Shown here piece by piece: positions 38,745 to 48,706 of a stretch of 64,000 bases of DNA. This DNA comes from an uncultured Actinomycetota bacterium (lineage in GTDB: Bacteria > Actinomycetota > Actinomycetes > Propionibacteriales > Nocardioidaceae). Both the position numbers and the translations under genes were made by a program. Position 1 is the first letter of the stretch, and the number at the start of each line of letters is the position of its first letter. The notes under the pieces are model-generated. The model searched no databases, was not told the origin of the DNA, and saw only the letters and a list, made by a program, of their open reading frames with translations. Location: assembly GCA_963747975.1 (NCBI GenBank), contig CAVVHI010000006.1:88145-152144 (forward strand), read 5' to 3'.

Positions 38745-39944
38745 ATGCAGCTCGACGTCGCACGGATCCGCTCCTCCTTCCCCGCCCTCCAGCTGGGAGT
38801 CGCCCACTTCGACGGTCCCGGTGGCACGCAGGTCCCCCGCGAGGTCGCCCGAGCCGTCGCGGACACCCTGACCTGCGGCATCGCCAACCGTGGCACGGTC
38901 ACCGACGCCGAACGTCGCGCGGAGGACGTGGTGGCCGCCGCCCGCTCGGCAGTGGCCGACCTCGTCGGCGGCACCCCGGACGGTGTGGTCTTCGCCCGGT
39001 CGATGACCCAGATGACCATGGACCTGTCCCGCGCACTCGCCGGCGGCTGGGGCCCCGGGGACGAGGTGGTGGTCACCCGCCTCGACCACGACGCCAACAT
39101 CCGACCGTGGCTGATCGCCGCCGAGCGGACCGGCGCCACCGTGCGGTGGGTCGATTTCGACGAGGACAGCGCCGAGCTGACCGTGGACCACGTCCGGGCC
39201 CAGCTCTCCGACCGCACCCGGCTGGTCGCGGTGACCGGCGCGTCGAACGTCCTGGGCACCCGCCCCGACATCCCGGCGATCGCGGAGGCGGTGCACGCGA
39301 CCGGAGCCCTGCTGCACGTCGACGGCGTGCACCTGACCCCGCACGCCCCGGTGGACGTGCGGGCCCTGGGCGCGGACTTCTACGCCTGCTCCCCCTACAA
39401 GTTCCTCGGACCCCACTGCGGCACGCTGGTCGCGGACCCGGACCTGCTGGCGAGCATCCACCCCGACAAGCTGCTGCCCTCGGCCGACACGGTGCCGGAG
39501 CGCTTCGAGCTCGGCACGCTGCCCTACGAGCTGATGGCGGGCACCGCCGCGGCGGTCGACTTCATCGCCGACGCCGCGTCGGACGCCGACGACCGTCGCA
39601 CCCGGGTGCTCGAGTCGATGGCCGCCGTCGAGGTGCACGAGACCGACCTGTTCTCACGGCTGCACGACGGGCTGGCGGGGATCGACCGGGTCGTGCTCCA
39701 CGGCTCCCCCGCGCACCACACGCCGACGGCCTTCTTCTCCGTGGACGGCATGGCGCCCGCCGAGGTGTACCGAGCCCTCGCCGAACGCGGGGTGAACGCA
39801 CCGGCGAGCCACTTCTACGCGATCGAGGCGGTCCGCCGGCTGGGGCTCGGCGACGCCGGTGCGGTCCGGGCGGGCATCTCGCTCTACACCGACCGTGACG
39901 ACGTCGACCGGCTGCTCACGGCACTGCAGGAGGTCGCACGATGA
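38745..39944 (+). CDS. Cysteine desulfurase-like PLP protein
   Basis: FDGPGGTQVP, LDHDANI.PW, ASNVLGT, VDGVH, CSPYKFLGPH, FELGTLPYE. Confidence 0.9.
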   Translation: MQLDVARIRSSFPALQLGVAHFDGPGGTQVPREVARAVADTLTCGIANRGTVTDAERRAEDVVAAARSAVADLVGGTPDGVVFARSMTQMTMDLSRALAGGWGPGDEVVVTRLDHDANIRPWLIAAERTGATVRWVDFDEDSAELTVDHVRAQLSDRTRLVAVTGASNVLGTRPDIPAIAEAVHATGALLHVDGVHLTPHAPVDVRALGADFYACSPYKFLGPHCGTLVADPDLLASIHPDKLLPSADTVPERFELGTLPYELMAGTAAAVDFIADAASDADDRRTRVLESMAAVEVHETDLFSRLHDGLAGIDRVVLHGSPAHHTPTAFFSVDGMAPAEVYRALAERGVNAPASHFYAIEAVRRLGLGDAGAVRAGISLYTDRDDVDRLLTALQEVAR

Positions 39945-40691
39945 GCCGCGGCGTGCTGGTCACCGGCGCCTCCCGCGGCATCGGGCGGGCGATCGCGCGA
40001 ACGTTCGCCGAGGCCGGGGACCGGGTGGCCGTCCACTACGGGCGTTCCCGGGAGCGCGCCGAGCAGGTGGCGGACGAGCTGCCCGGGGACGGTCACGTCG
40101 TCGTCCAGGCCGACCTGGCCGACCCCGAGGCGGTGCGGGCCATGGTCGACACGGCCGCCGAGCGGCTCGACGGTCTCGACGTGCTCGTGAACAACGCCGG
40201 GATCTTCGTGGCGCACCCGCCGCTGTCGACGTCGTACGAGCAGTGGCAGGAGCGCTGGGCCGAGACGCTCGCGACGAACCTGACCGGCGCCGCGAACGCG
40301 ACCTTCTGCGCCGTCCCGCACCTGCGCGAGGCCGGCGGCGGCACGATCGTCAACGTCACCAGCCGGGGCGCCTTCCGCGGCGAGCCGGCCAACCCCGCCT
40401 ACGGCGCCTCGAAGGCCGGCCTGAACGCGTTCACCCAGTCGATGGCGCTCGCGCTGGCACCCCTCGACATCCGCGTGGCCGCGGTCGCGCCCGGCTTCGT
40501 GCAGACCGAGATGGCGCGTGAGGTCCTCGACGGGCCCGGCGGCGACGCAGTGCGAAGCCCAGTCCCCCTACGGCCGGGTCGCGCGGCCCGAGGAGGTCGC
40601 CTCGGCGGTCCTCTGGCTCGCCTCCGAGGGGGCGCGGTTCTCCACCGGCACCATCATCGACGTCAACGGCGCCTCCTACCTGCGCAGCTGA
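39941..40691 (+). pseudogene. SDR oxidoreductase with +1 frameshift near 40555 (likely assembly error)
   Basis: TGASRGIG, NNAG, YGASK; after removing one A the frame continues [38 protein letters not shown]-stop at 40691. Confidence 0.8.
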
Positions 40692-40710
40692 GCCACCTCC
40701 CGGAGGCGCG

Positions 40711-41682
40711 CTACGGGACGACGAGCAGCTTGCCGGTGGTACGGCGTGCCTCCAGGTCGTCGTGCGCGCGGTGGGCCTCCTCGAGCGGGTACCGGCCGCC
40801 GACCCGGACGTCGAGCGCCCCGGAGGCCACCTGCTCCAGGACGGAGCCGGAACGCCACAGCAGCTCGTCGCGGGTGCCGACGTAGTGCGCCAGGCTCGGC
40901 CGGGTCAGGTACAACGACCCCTTGCGGTTGAGCACCTGCGGGTCCAGCGGCGGGACCGGTCCGCTGGAGGCGCCGAAGAGCACCATCGTCCCGCGGGGCC
41001 GGAGCACGTCGAGGCCCGCGTCGAAGGTCGACCGGCCGACCCCGTCGTACACCACCTCCACGCCGGCGCCGTCGGTCAGCCGCCGGACCTCCGCGACCAG
41101 GTCCACCTCGGTGTAGCGGATCACCTCCGCGGCGCCGGCGCCGCGGGCGAGCTGCGCCTTCTCCTCGGTCGAGGTCGTGGCGAGCACGCGCACGCCCTTG
41201 GCCGCGAGCATCTGGACGAGGAGCAGCCCTACGCCGCCGGCCGCGGCGTGCACCAGGGCGGTCTGGCCGGCCTGCGCGGGAAAGGTCGACTCGCACAGGT
41301 AGTGCGCGGTCATCCCCTGCAGCATCACCGCCGCCGCCCGGTCGAGACCGATCCCGTCGGGCACGGGCACCGCCTTGTCGGCGGGCACGGCCACCTCCTC
41401 GGCGTACCCGCGGCTGTCCACCTGGCCCCAGGCCACCCGGTCCCCGACCGCCACGCCGGTGACCTCGCTGCCGACGGCGGTCACGGTGCCGGCGCCCTCC
41501 GAGCCGACGACGAACGGCAGGTCGCGCGGGTAGATCCCCTCGCGTTGGTAGGTGTCGATGAAGTTCACACCCGCCGCGGCGACGTCCACGAGCACCTCGC
41601 CGGGCCCGGGGCGCGGCGGGTCGACGTCCCGCACCACGAGCTTGTCGGAGCCACCTGTCTCCTCGACCATCACTGCACGCAC
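40711..41682 (-). CDS. NADPH:quinone oxidoreductase (MDR, Qor-like)
   Basis: AGVNFIDTYQR.G.Y, LQGMTAHYL, AAAGGVGL, VYDGVG, KGSL.LTRP, TTGKL. Confidence 0.92.
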   Translation of the reverse strand: MRAVMVEETGGSDKLVVRDVDPPRPGPGEVLVDVAAAGVNFIDTYQREGIYPRDLPFVVGSEGAGTVTAVGSEVTGVAVGDRVAWGQVDSRGYAEEVAVPADKAVPVPDGIGLDRAAAVMLQGMTAHYLCESTFPAQAGQTALVHAAAGGVGLLLVQMLAAKGVRVLATTSTEEKAQLARGAGAAEVIRYTEVDLVAEVRRLTDGAGVEVVYDGVGRSTFDAGLDVLRPRGTMVLFGASSGPVPPLDPQVLNRKGSLYLTRPSLAHYVGTRDELLWRSGSVLEQVASGALDVRVGGRYPLEEAHRAHDDLEARRTTGKLLVVP

Positions 41683-41696
41683 GCGTCCTCCTCGGT

Positions 41697-42473
41697 TCAC
41701 GGCCGCGGGATCGCCGCGACACAGCTGCGCTCGAGCGCCCGCTGCCGCCTCCACCGTTGCAGGAGACCGGGCACGGGGCCAAGCCCGGTGCGCGACGGCG
41801 CCTCCTCGACGGCGAGGGTGGAGCCGTCCCACCGACCGGTCCACCGCCACTGCGACCACCGCTCGATCTCGGGGAACGAGGCGTCCTGCCCGAACAGGAC
41901 GGCCGGGCCCGCCGGCGCCGGGTCACCGAGCACGTCGACCTCGACCACGTCGTCCCGCACGCTCCCCGTCCCGGCGGTGCGCACCACCGGCGCCGCGCCG
42001 TCGGCGACGACCAGCGTGTGGTCGTGAGAGGCGGCGAGCGGCGCGATCGGGGCCAGCGTCTCCACGTCGATCCGCACGATGAGGCGAGGCAGGTACCACC
42101 AGTGCTCGCGCATCAGCAGCGGCGAGTCGGCGAACAGCCGCGAGGGTGGGTAGCGACGCAGCTCCTGGACCACGAGCTCGGAGGTGTAGACCTCCCCCGT
42201 CGGGTCCTCGACCAGCCGAGGCCGGCCGGTGAGGAGCACGGGCCGGAACGCCCGTCCGGTCGACCGCGTCTCCTGCAGCGCGATCGCCACCTGTGCCGCT
42301 GCCGCGACCTCGCGGGCGACGGCCTCGTCGGCGTAGGTGAAGGCCAGCACCGGGTCGAGGTCACGGACCAGGGTGACGGCCCCCCGCGCGCGGGGGGCAC
42401 CGCCGGGAGAGACCCAGCAGACCGTGCTCAGCGACGATGCGCCGACCACGCCGGCGATCTCGTCGGTGCTCAC
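41697..42473 (-). CDS. Hypothetical protein, PNPOx-like N-terminus
   Basis: GTG 42473; ELRRYPPSR..DSPLLMREHWWYLPRLIV. Confidence 0.6.
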   Translation of the reverse strand: MSTDEIAGVVGASSLSTVCWVSPGGAPRARGAVTLVRDLDPVLAFTYADEAVAREVAAAAQVAIALQETRSTGRAFRPVLLTGRPRLVEDPTGEVYTSELVVQELRRYPPSRLFADSPLLMREHWWYLPRLIVRIDVETLAPIAPLAASHDHTLVVADGAAPVVRTAGTGSVRDDVVEVDVLGDPAPAGPAVLFGQDASFPEIERWSQWRWTGRWDGSTLAVEEAPSRTGLGPVPGLLQRWRRQRALERSCVAAIPRP

Positions 42474-42613
42474 GGCGGCCCCCTGCAGAAACGTCACGCC
42501 CCGACATCAACCCGGCGCGGGTGGTTGAGGCGTGGATCACATCGGGGCCATGCTAGTAGGGCGACTGTCCCCGCGCAGCACTCGGCTGCCCGGGATGCCG
42601 AAAGGAGCCATCC

Positions 42614-44362
42614 GTGCCAGCCATAGCTGTCGCCGCGGTGGTGGGGGTCCTGTTCTTCCTGGGCTACCGCTACTACTCGGCCTTCCTGGCGAACCGCATG
42701 TACGCCCTCGACCCGGCGTTCGTCACGCCAGCCCACCGGTTCAACGACGGGGTCGACTTCGTCCCCACCAACAAGCACGTCGTCTTCGGCCACCACTTCA
42801 CCTCGGTCGCCGGCGCCGCGCCGATCGTCGGCCCGGCGATCGCGGTCTTCTGGGGCTGGGGACCGGCGCTGGCCTGGATCGTGCTCGGCACGATCTTCGC
42901 GGCCGGCGTCCACGACTTCGGGTCGCTGGCCGTGTCGCTGCGTCACCGGGCGCGCAACATCGGCACCATCGCCAGCGACGTGATCAGCAAGCGGGCCCGG
43001 ACCCTGTTCCTGGTCATCATCTTCTTCCTGCTCACCCTGGTGAACGCCGTGTTCGCGGTGGTCATCGCCACGCTGTTCGTGGCCAACCCGGGAGCGGTCA
43101 TCCCGATCGTGGTCGAGATCCCGCTGGCCGTCTTCATCGGCCAGTACATCTACCGGACCCGTTCGGCGGCGCTCGTCCCGTCCATCGTCGGCGTGATCGG
43201 GCTCTACCTGCTGATCTGGGTCGGCCAGCAGTACCCGGTCGACATCACGCCGGTCGCGGAGGCCCTCGGGATGGGGCCGCGCACACTGTGGGTGCTCCTG
43301 CTGTTCGCCTACACCTTCGTCGCCTCCCGGCTGCCGGTGTGGCTGCTGCTGCAGCCCCGTGACTACATCAACAGCCACCAGCTGTTCATCGCCCTCGGCG
43401 TGATCGGCCTGGGCATGCTGGTCGGCTGGAACACGGTCGTGGCGCCGGTGGTCAACGACGTCCCGGAGGGCTCCCCGTCGGTGTTCCCGTTCCTGTTCAT
43501 CACCATCGCCTGCGGCGCCATCTCCGGCTTCCACTCGCTGGTCTCGTCGGGGACGACCGCCAAGCAGGTCGACAAGGAGACCGACGCCCGCTACATCGGC
43601 TACATGGGCGCCGTCGGGGAGGGCAGCCTCGCCACCGGCGCTGTGCTCGCCACGACCGCGGGCGTCGCGGCGACCCGCGCGGACTGGAACGCCCTCTACC
43701 CCGACTACAGCACCGCGTCCGGTGGCGCGGTGAGCAACTTCGTCAACGGCGTCGGTGAGTTCGCGAACAACCTCGGGGTGCCGCTGGACCTCGCGGTCAT
43801 CTTCGCCGCGGTCGTGGTCATCTCCTTCGCCGCGACCACGATGGACACCGGGGTGCGTCTCCAGCGCTACATCGTGCAGGAGATCGCCGAGATCTCCGGG
43901 TGGCACAAGCTGGCCCGCAACCTCACCGTCTCCGGCCTGATCGCGGTGGCGGTTCCCCTGGCGATGGCGCTGATCCCCGGTGGCGGCGACGCCGGCTACA
44001 CCTTCGGGGTGCTGTGGCGGCTGTTCGGCACGACGAACCAGCTCACCGCCGGCCTGGCGCTGACCGTGATCGCCGTGTGGGTGCTGCGCATGCGCCGCAA
44101 CCCGGTCCCCGCGGTCGTCCCGCTGGTGTTCCTGCTCGCGATGACCACCTGGGCGTTGTTCAGCCAGTTCTGGGACTTCGTGCAGGCCGAGACCTGGAGC
44201 GAGCGGTTCGTGCTCGCCCCGCTCGACGCGGTCATCTTCGTCCTGGCGATCTGGCTGATCATCGAGGCCGCCGGTGCACTGCGCCGGGGCCGCGAGTCCG
44301 GACGTCAGTACGACGACATGGGCAGCCCACTGGGCGAGGAGCCGGAGACAAAGGTCCGATGA
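42614..44362 (+). CDS. cstA: Carbon starvation protein A family transporter
   Basis: DG.DFVPT, GHHFTSVAGAAPIVGP, FITIACGAISGFHSLVSSGTT, TTMDTG.RL, LFGTTNQL. Confidence 0.93.
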   Translation: MPAIAVAAVVGVLFFLGYRYYSAFLANRMYALDPAFVTPAHRFNDGVDFVPTNKHVVFGHHFTSVAGAAPIVGPAIAVFWGWGPALAWIVLGTIFAAGVHDFGSLAVSLRHRARNIGTIASDVISKRARTLFLVIIFFLLTLVNAVFAVVIATLFVANPGAVIPIVVEIPLAVFIGQYIYRTRSAALVPSIVGVIGLYLLIWVGQQYPVDITPVAEALGMGPRTLWVLLLFAYTFVASRLPVWLLLQPRDYINSHQLFIALGVIGLGMLVGWNTVVAPVVNDVPEGSPSVFPFLFITIACGAISGFHSLVSSGTTAKQVDKETDARYIGYMGAVGEGSLATGAVLATTAGVAATRADWNALYPDYSTASGGAVSNFVNGVGEFANNLGVPLDLAVIFAAVVVISFAATTMDTGVRLQRYIVQEIAEISGWHKLARNLTVSGLIAVAVPLAMALIPGGGDAGYTFGVLWRLFGTTNQLTAGLALTVIAVWVLRMRRNPVPAVVPLVFLLAMTTWALFSQFWDFVQAETWSERFVLAPLDAVIFVLAIWLIIEAAGALRRGRESGRQYDDMGSPLGEEPETKVR

Positions 44363-44769
44363 CGCACCGGGTCGTGCTCGTGCGGCCGTGGACCGACGCC
44401 CACGGCGGCACCGGCTGCTGCAGCGGCGACGTCCGCGACGGCATCTGCCTGGAGGGCAGGGTCGACGGACCGCACGAGCACGACGCGGAGGTGGGCCTCG
44501 TCGCCGAGGTCTACCGACGGCTCCGCGACGAGCTCCCGGGCCTCGATGTCCAGATCGTCGGCGCAAGCAACACGGCGTTCCTACTGCCGATGGTGTTCCG
44601 GTCGGTGCACCGCCGCCGGGGCCTGGTCGCAGCGCTGCGGGAGATGAACCGCGCGACGACCGCCGGGTCCGTCCTCGTGGACGGCGAGCGGCTCGGCGAC
44701 GTGGTGGACCTCGGCGCCGACGGCGTCCTCTCACAGGTGCGGCGCCGGGTCGAGGCACGGGCAGGCTGA
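44359..44769 (+). CDS. CstA-coupled Cys/His-containing hypothetical protein
   Basis: ATGA overlap with cstA stop; GGTGCCSG, HEH. Confidence 0.75.
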   Translation: MTHRVVLVRPWTDAHGGTGCCSGDVRDGICLEGRVDGPHEHDAEVGLVAEVYRRLRDELPGLDVQIVGASNTAFLLPMVFRSVHRRRGLVAALREMNRATTAGSVLVDGERLGDVVDLGADGVLSQVRRRVEARAG

Positions 44770-44794
44770 ACCGTCGGCACTGCCAGGCGAGAGG

Positions 44795-45634
44795 TCACCG
44801 TTCCTCGAGCACCGCCCGGAGGAAGCTCCGCGTCCGTTCCTCGTCCGGATCGTTGAAGATCTTCTCCGGCGGTCCGTCCTCCACGATCACGCCCTGGTCG
44901 AACATCATCACGCGGTGGGAGACGTCCCGGGCGAAGTGCATCTCGTGGGTGACGATCAGCATCGTGATGTCGGTGGTGTCGGCGATGTCGCGCAGCACGT
45001 TGAGCACGTCGACGACCAGCTCGGGGTCGAGCGCCGAGGTGACCTCGTCGAGCAGGAGGACGTCGGGCTCCATGGCGAGCGCACGGGCGATGGCCACCCG
45101 CTGCTGCTGACCGCCCGAGAGCGTCGTCGGGTGTGCGTCGACGAAGTCGCTCATCCCCACCTTCGCGAGCAGCTCCTCGCCCTTCGAGCGCGCCTCGTCC
45201 TTGCTCATCCCGAGCACCGAGATCGGCGCCTCGACGATGTTCTCGAGGACGGTCATGTTCGGGAACAGGTTGAACTGCTGGAAGACCATGCCGATCCGCT
45301 TGCGCTTCTCCCGCAGGTACTTCTCCGAGGCCGGGACGAGCCTGCCGCCCTTCTCCTCGTGGCTCAACGGCTCCCCGTGCACCCAGATCACCCCGTCGGT
45401 GACCTTCTCCAGCGTCATCACCAGTCGCAGGATCGTGGTCTTGCCCGACCCGGAGGGGCCGATCAGGGTCACCCGTTCCCCCGGCGCGACCGAGAAGTTC
45501 ATCCCGTCGAGGACGGTGTTGTCGCCGAACCGCTTGACCACGTCGTCGAAGCGGATGATCGCCTCGGCACCGGACGCGGTGGTGCCGGTGGGCGCGGTCT
45601 GCGGTGCGCTGTCGGGGGCGCTGTCAGGTGCCAA
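44795..45634 (-). CDS. ehuA: Ectoine/hydroxyectoine ABC transporter ATPase
   Basis: GPSGSGKTTILR..MTLE, LSGGQQQRVAIARALAM, DEVTSALDPE. Confidence 0.9.
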   Translation of the reverse strand: MAPDSAPDSAPQTAPTGTTASGAEAIIRFDDVVKRFGDNTVLDGMNFSVAPGERVTLIGPSGSGKTTILRLVMTLEKVTDGVIWVHGEPLSHEEKGGRLVPASEKYLREKRKRIGMVFQQFNLFPNMTVLENIVEAPISVLGMSKDEARSKGEELLAKVGMSDFVDAHPTTLSGGQQQRVAIARALAMEPDVLLLDEVTSALDPELVVDVLNVLRDIADTTDITMLIVTHEMHFARDVSHRVMMFDQGVIVEDGPPEKIFNDPDEERTRSFLRAVLEER

Positions 45635-46289
45635 GGCGGGTCTCCAGCTTTCGCATCAGGACGGACGTGGGGTAGCTCGCCGCCAGGAAGATCAGGCCGG
45701 CGATCGTGATCGGCTCGATGAACCGGAAGCTCTGGGAGCCGAGCTGGTTGGCCACCGTCACCATCTCCGGGACCCCGATCACCAGGAGGAACGGGGTCTC
45801 CTTGAACAGCGCGATGACCTGGTTGCCGATCGAGGGCAGGACCCGCCGGACGACCTGCGGCAGGATCACCGCCCGCCAGGTGCGCTGGGGCGGCAGGGAC
45901 AGCGCCGTGGACGCCTCCCACTGGCCCTTGGGGATCGCGTCGATACCGGCCCGGTAGACCTCCGCCATGTACGCGGCATAGTGCAGGCCGAAGACTGCGA
46001 TCCCGGTCACCAGGGCACTGGGTCGCAAGCCGATCACCGGAAGCCCGAAGTAGACGAAGAAGAGCTGGATCGGGATCGGCGTGCTCCGCACGAACTCCAC
46101 GATGCTCCTGCTGAGCCAGGACAGCCACTTCAGCTCCGAGCGCCGGCCGAGGGCGAGGACCAGGCCGACGACGATGGCGACCGCCGCGGAGGCCACGGTG
46201 ACCCCGAGGGTGTACTGCAGAAAGGCAGCCAGCAGGTCGGGTGTGACCTCCCGGGCGAAGTCCCAGTCCCAGCGGGAACGCTCGTTCAC
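45624..46289 (-). CDS. ehuD: Ectoine ABC transporter permease
   Basis: WDWDFA..; EFVRSTP; YRAGI..GQWEA; FKETP. Confidence 0.9.
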   Translation of the reverse strand: MNERSRWDWDFAREVTPDLLAAFLQYTLGVTVASAAVAIVVGLVLALGRRSELKWLSWLSRSIVEFVRSTPIPIQLFFVYFGLPVIGLRPSALVTGIAVFGLHYAAYMAEVYRAGIDAIPKGQWEASTALSLPPQRTWRAVILPQVVRRVLPSIGNQVIALFKETPFLLVIGVPEMVTVANQLGSQSFRFIEPITIAGLIFLAASYPTSVLMRKLETRLGT

Positions 46290-46993
46290 GGCGTACCTCC
46301 CACCGGCGCCGAGGGCACGGTGCTGAGCTGCCCCGCCTTCGGTCCGCGGCCCACGCGCGCCGACGCCCGCGTCTCGAACCAGCGGCTCACCCGGACCAGC
46401 AGCTGCGCCAGCAGGAAGTAGACCACCAGGGCGATCCCGAAGGCGGCCATGCTGCCGATGTCTCGGCGGAGGTTCTGCACCTCATAGGTCAGCTCGGTGA
46501 TGCTGATGATGAACAGCAACGAGGAGCTCTTGAGGATCTGCACCCACAGGTTGCTGAACGGCGGGATCATCTCCGGCAGCGCCTGCGGCAGGATCACCCG
46601 GCGCATCCGCTGGAGCCGGCCGAGGCTCAGCGCCACCGTCGCCTCCCACTGCTCCTTGGGCACCGACGCGATCGCTCCCCGCACCACCTCCGAGCCGTAG
46701 GCCCCGAAGTTCAGTCCGAACGCGACGGTCGCGGCGGCCCAGGGCTCGAGACGCAAGCCGAGCTGCGGCAGCACGAAGTAGATCCAGAACAGCTGCACGA
46801 CCAGCGAGGTGCCGCGGAAGAACTCGACCACGACCCGCGAGGACCCGCGTACGGCGACGGAGCCCGACAGCGCCATCAGGCCGAACAGGAACGAGATCGC
46901 CAGCGCCGCAACGGCCCCCACGACGGTGTACACCATGGTGACGCCGACCCCCTGCAGGAAGAGGGGGCCGGCGTCCACCAGCTCCTGGAGCAC
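46286..46993 (-). CDS. ehuC: Ectoine ABC transporter permease
   Basis: VEFFRGTS..VQLFW; GAYGSEVVRGA; ILPQA. Confidence 0.9.
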   Translation of the reverse strand: MLQELVDAGPLFLQGVGVTMVYTVVGAVAALAISFLFGLMALSGSVAVRGSSRVVVEFFRGTSLVVQLFWIYFVLPQLGLRLEPWAAATVAFGLNFGAYGSEVVRGAIASVPKEQWEATVALSLGRLQRMRRVILPQALPEMIPPFSNLWVQILKSSSLLFIISITELTYEVQNLRRDIGSMAAFGIALVVYFLLAQLLVRVSRWFETRASARVGRGPKAGQLSTVPSAPVGGTP

Positions 46994-47000
46994 TGCGGGC

Positions 47001-47921
47001 TCAGCCCTGGCAGAGCTGCTCTGCTGTCAGGTCCGGGTCGGGCTTCTCGGCCTCGGTGAAGCCGTAGGGCTCGACGAGCTCGAGCCAGGTGCCGTCCTCG
47101 AGGATCTTCTTGAGCTCCTCGTTGAAGGCCTCCCGCAGGTCGTCGTCGCCCTGGCGGAAGACCGCGGCGCCGGCGCCGATCTGCTCCTCGCCGTCGACGA
47201 CCGGGATGAACGCCTCGGCGACCTCGACGCTGTCGTCACCCTCGGCGAGGGCCCGCAGGGAGATGCTGGTCAGTGCGAAGGCGTCCGCGCGGCCGGACTT
47301 GACCGCGTCGAGGCCTGCCTGCTGGTCGGCGACGATCTGGAGCTGGTCGTCGCCGATGTCGTTGCCCTTGGCCTGGTCCACCTCGACGGCGCCGTTCATG
47401 ACCGCAAGCGTCACGCCGCTCTCCGCGACGGAGGCGTAGTCGGACAGGCCCTCGGGGTTTCCGCTCTGGACGAGCAGTGCCGTCGTGGCGACGTACTCGG
47501 GGTTGCTGAAGTCCGCCTCCTGGCAGCGTTCGGGCGTGATGAACATGCCGGCGGTGACCACGTCGACGCGCTCGGAGTTGAGCGCCTGGATCAGCGAGCC
47601 GAAGTCGAAGAGGTTCGGCTCGAGGGTGTCGACGCCGAGCTGCTCGAAGATGTAGCCGTGGACCGCCGGCGCCTCGCCGACGAGCTCACCGCCGTCGCGG
47701 AAGGCGTAGGGCCGCTCGTTCGCGAAGCCCACCTTGACCGCGCCCTGGTCCTGGATCCGCGCCAGTGTCGAGTCACCACCTCCCTCGCCTCCGTCGTCGA
47801 CGGAGGCACCGGTGCCGGACTCGGTCTGGCTGCAGGCAGCCAGCAGCAGGGCGGCGGCCACGCCACCGGCCGCGGAGAGGCTGCGCCAGGTAGATCGCTT
47901 GCGGGAAGGATGCGTAGACAC
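47001..47921 (-). CDS. ehuB: Ectoine ABC transporter substrate-binding lipoprotein
   Basis: Lipobox LAAC; FANERPY..GEAP; MFITPERC; GAVE; operon context. Confidence 0.88.
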   Translation of the reverse strand: MSTHPSRKRSTWRSLSAAGGVAAALLLAACSQTESGTGASVDDGGEGGGDSTLARIQDQGAVKVGFANERPYAFRDGGELVGEAPAVHGYIFEQLGVDTLEPNLFDFGSLIQALNSERVDVVTAGMFITPERCQEADFSNPEYVATTALLVQSGNPEGLSDYASVAESGVTLAVMNGAVEVDQAKGNDIGDDQLQIVADQQAGLDAVKSGRADAFALTSISLRALAEGDDSVEVAEAFIPVVDGEEQIGAGAAVFRQGDDDLREAFNEELKKILEDGTWLELVEPYGFTEAEKPDPDLTAEQLCQG

Positions 47922-48171
47922 GTTTACCCCTTTGGTCCGTAGCAGTGAAGTTAAGTGACGTGACAGAGGCCCAAAGTAACGCCCGACGTGAATGCGCACA
48001 CGCCGAACGCGGCCCGGCCACAGTCGTGGTGACCTTCGGACGCTAGGCAGCCCGAAGGAAGATGGTCAAACCTGCGCTGTCGAGTTCCGGATATCGTTAC
48101 CGGCCTGTGTCTGGGACGGTGACTCTGTCCAGACATTCGACAACGCCTGGAGGTTCGGCCCGCCGGCGCAC

Positions 48172-48642
48172 TCACCGGCTTCGCCGCCCCGGCTCGTGGG
48201 TCGCGGCCAGCGTCTCCGTGACGGACTGCTGGACCCGACGCCAGCTCCGGCTCCACCCCTCCAACGGAGCCAGCGACCGCTCGAGCACCTCGAGCTGGTG
48301 GTCCAGCGCGGAGAGCTCGGCCTGCAGTGCCTGGATGCTGAGCCGCTTGGCGTGGACCTCCTCGACCAGCACGTTCAGCTCCGCGGTCAGCGGCGGGACC
48401 TGCTCCGCGAGCTGCCCGAGCGAGGCGAGCATCTTGTCGACGGCGGCGGGGACCGGCTCCGGCATCCTGCCCAGCGCCCCGCCGCCGACGTTGGCCATCA
48501 GGTCGGTCAGCGCACGGGTCCGGTCCAGGAACACGTCGACGGTCGACTGCAGCATCCCGTGCCGGGAGTCGTGGTCGTGGGTCTCGGGGTCGTGGGTGTC
48601 GTGGTCCGCGCTCGGGGCCGCGGAACTCGGTGGTCGGGCCAT
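48172..48642 (-). CDS. Coiled-coil hypothetical protein
   Basis: ELNVLVEEVHAKRLSIQALQAELSALDHQLEVLERSLAPL. Confidence 0.7.
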   Translation of the reverse strand: MARPPSSAAPSADHDTHDPETHDHDSRHGMLQSTVDVFLDRTRALTDLMANVGGGALGRMPEPVPAAVDKMLASLGQLAEQVPPLTAELNVLVEEVHAKRLSIQALQAELSALDHQLEVLERSLAPLEGWSRSWRRVQQSVTETLAATHEPGRRSR

Positions 48643-48645
48643 GCC

Positions 48646-48685
48646 CCGACTCTGCCGCCCCACGCATGCGGGGCGGCAGAGTCGG
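48646..48685. terminator. 16-bp perfect hairpin
   Basis: ccgactctgccgcccc-acgcatgc-ggggcggcagagtcgg. Confidence 0.7.
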
Positions 48686-48706
48686 AGGTCCCGGCTCCCG
48701 GGCCGG

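Noticed and set aside
5594-41926. Many long Arg/Pro/Gly-rich ORFs in the track (e.g. 5594..7903, 9224..11263, 16398..19022, 34101..36602, 38039..39898)
   Set aside because: Shadow frames of real genes caused by high GC; no recognisable motifs.
47922-48170. Riboswitch upstream of ehuB
   Set aside because: No known aptamer consensus or convincing terminator/antiterminator recognised by eye.
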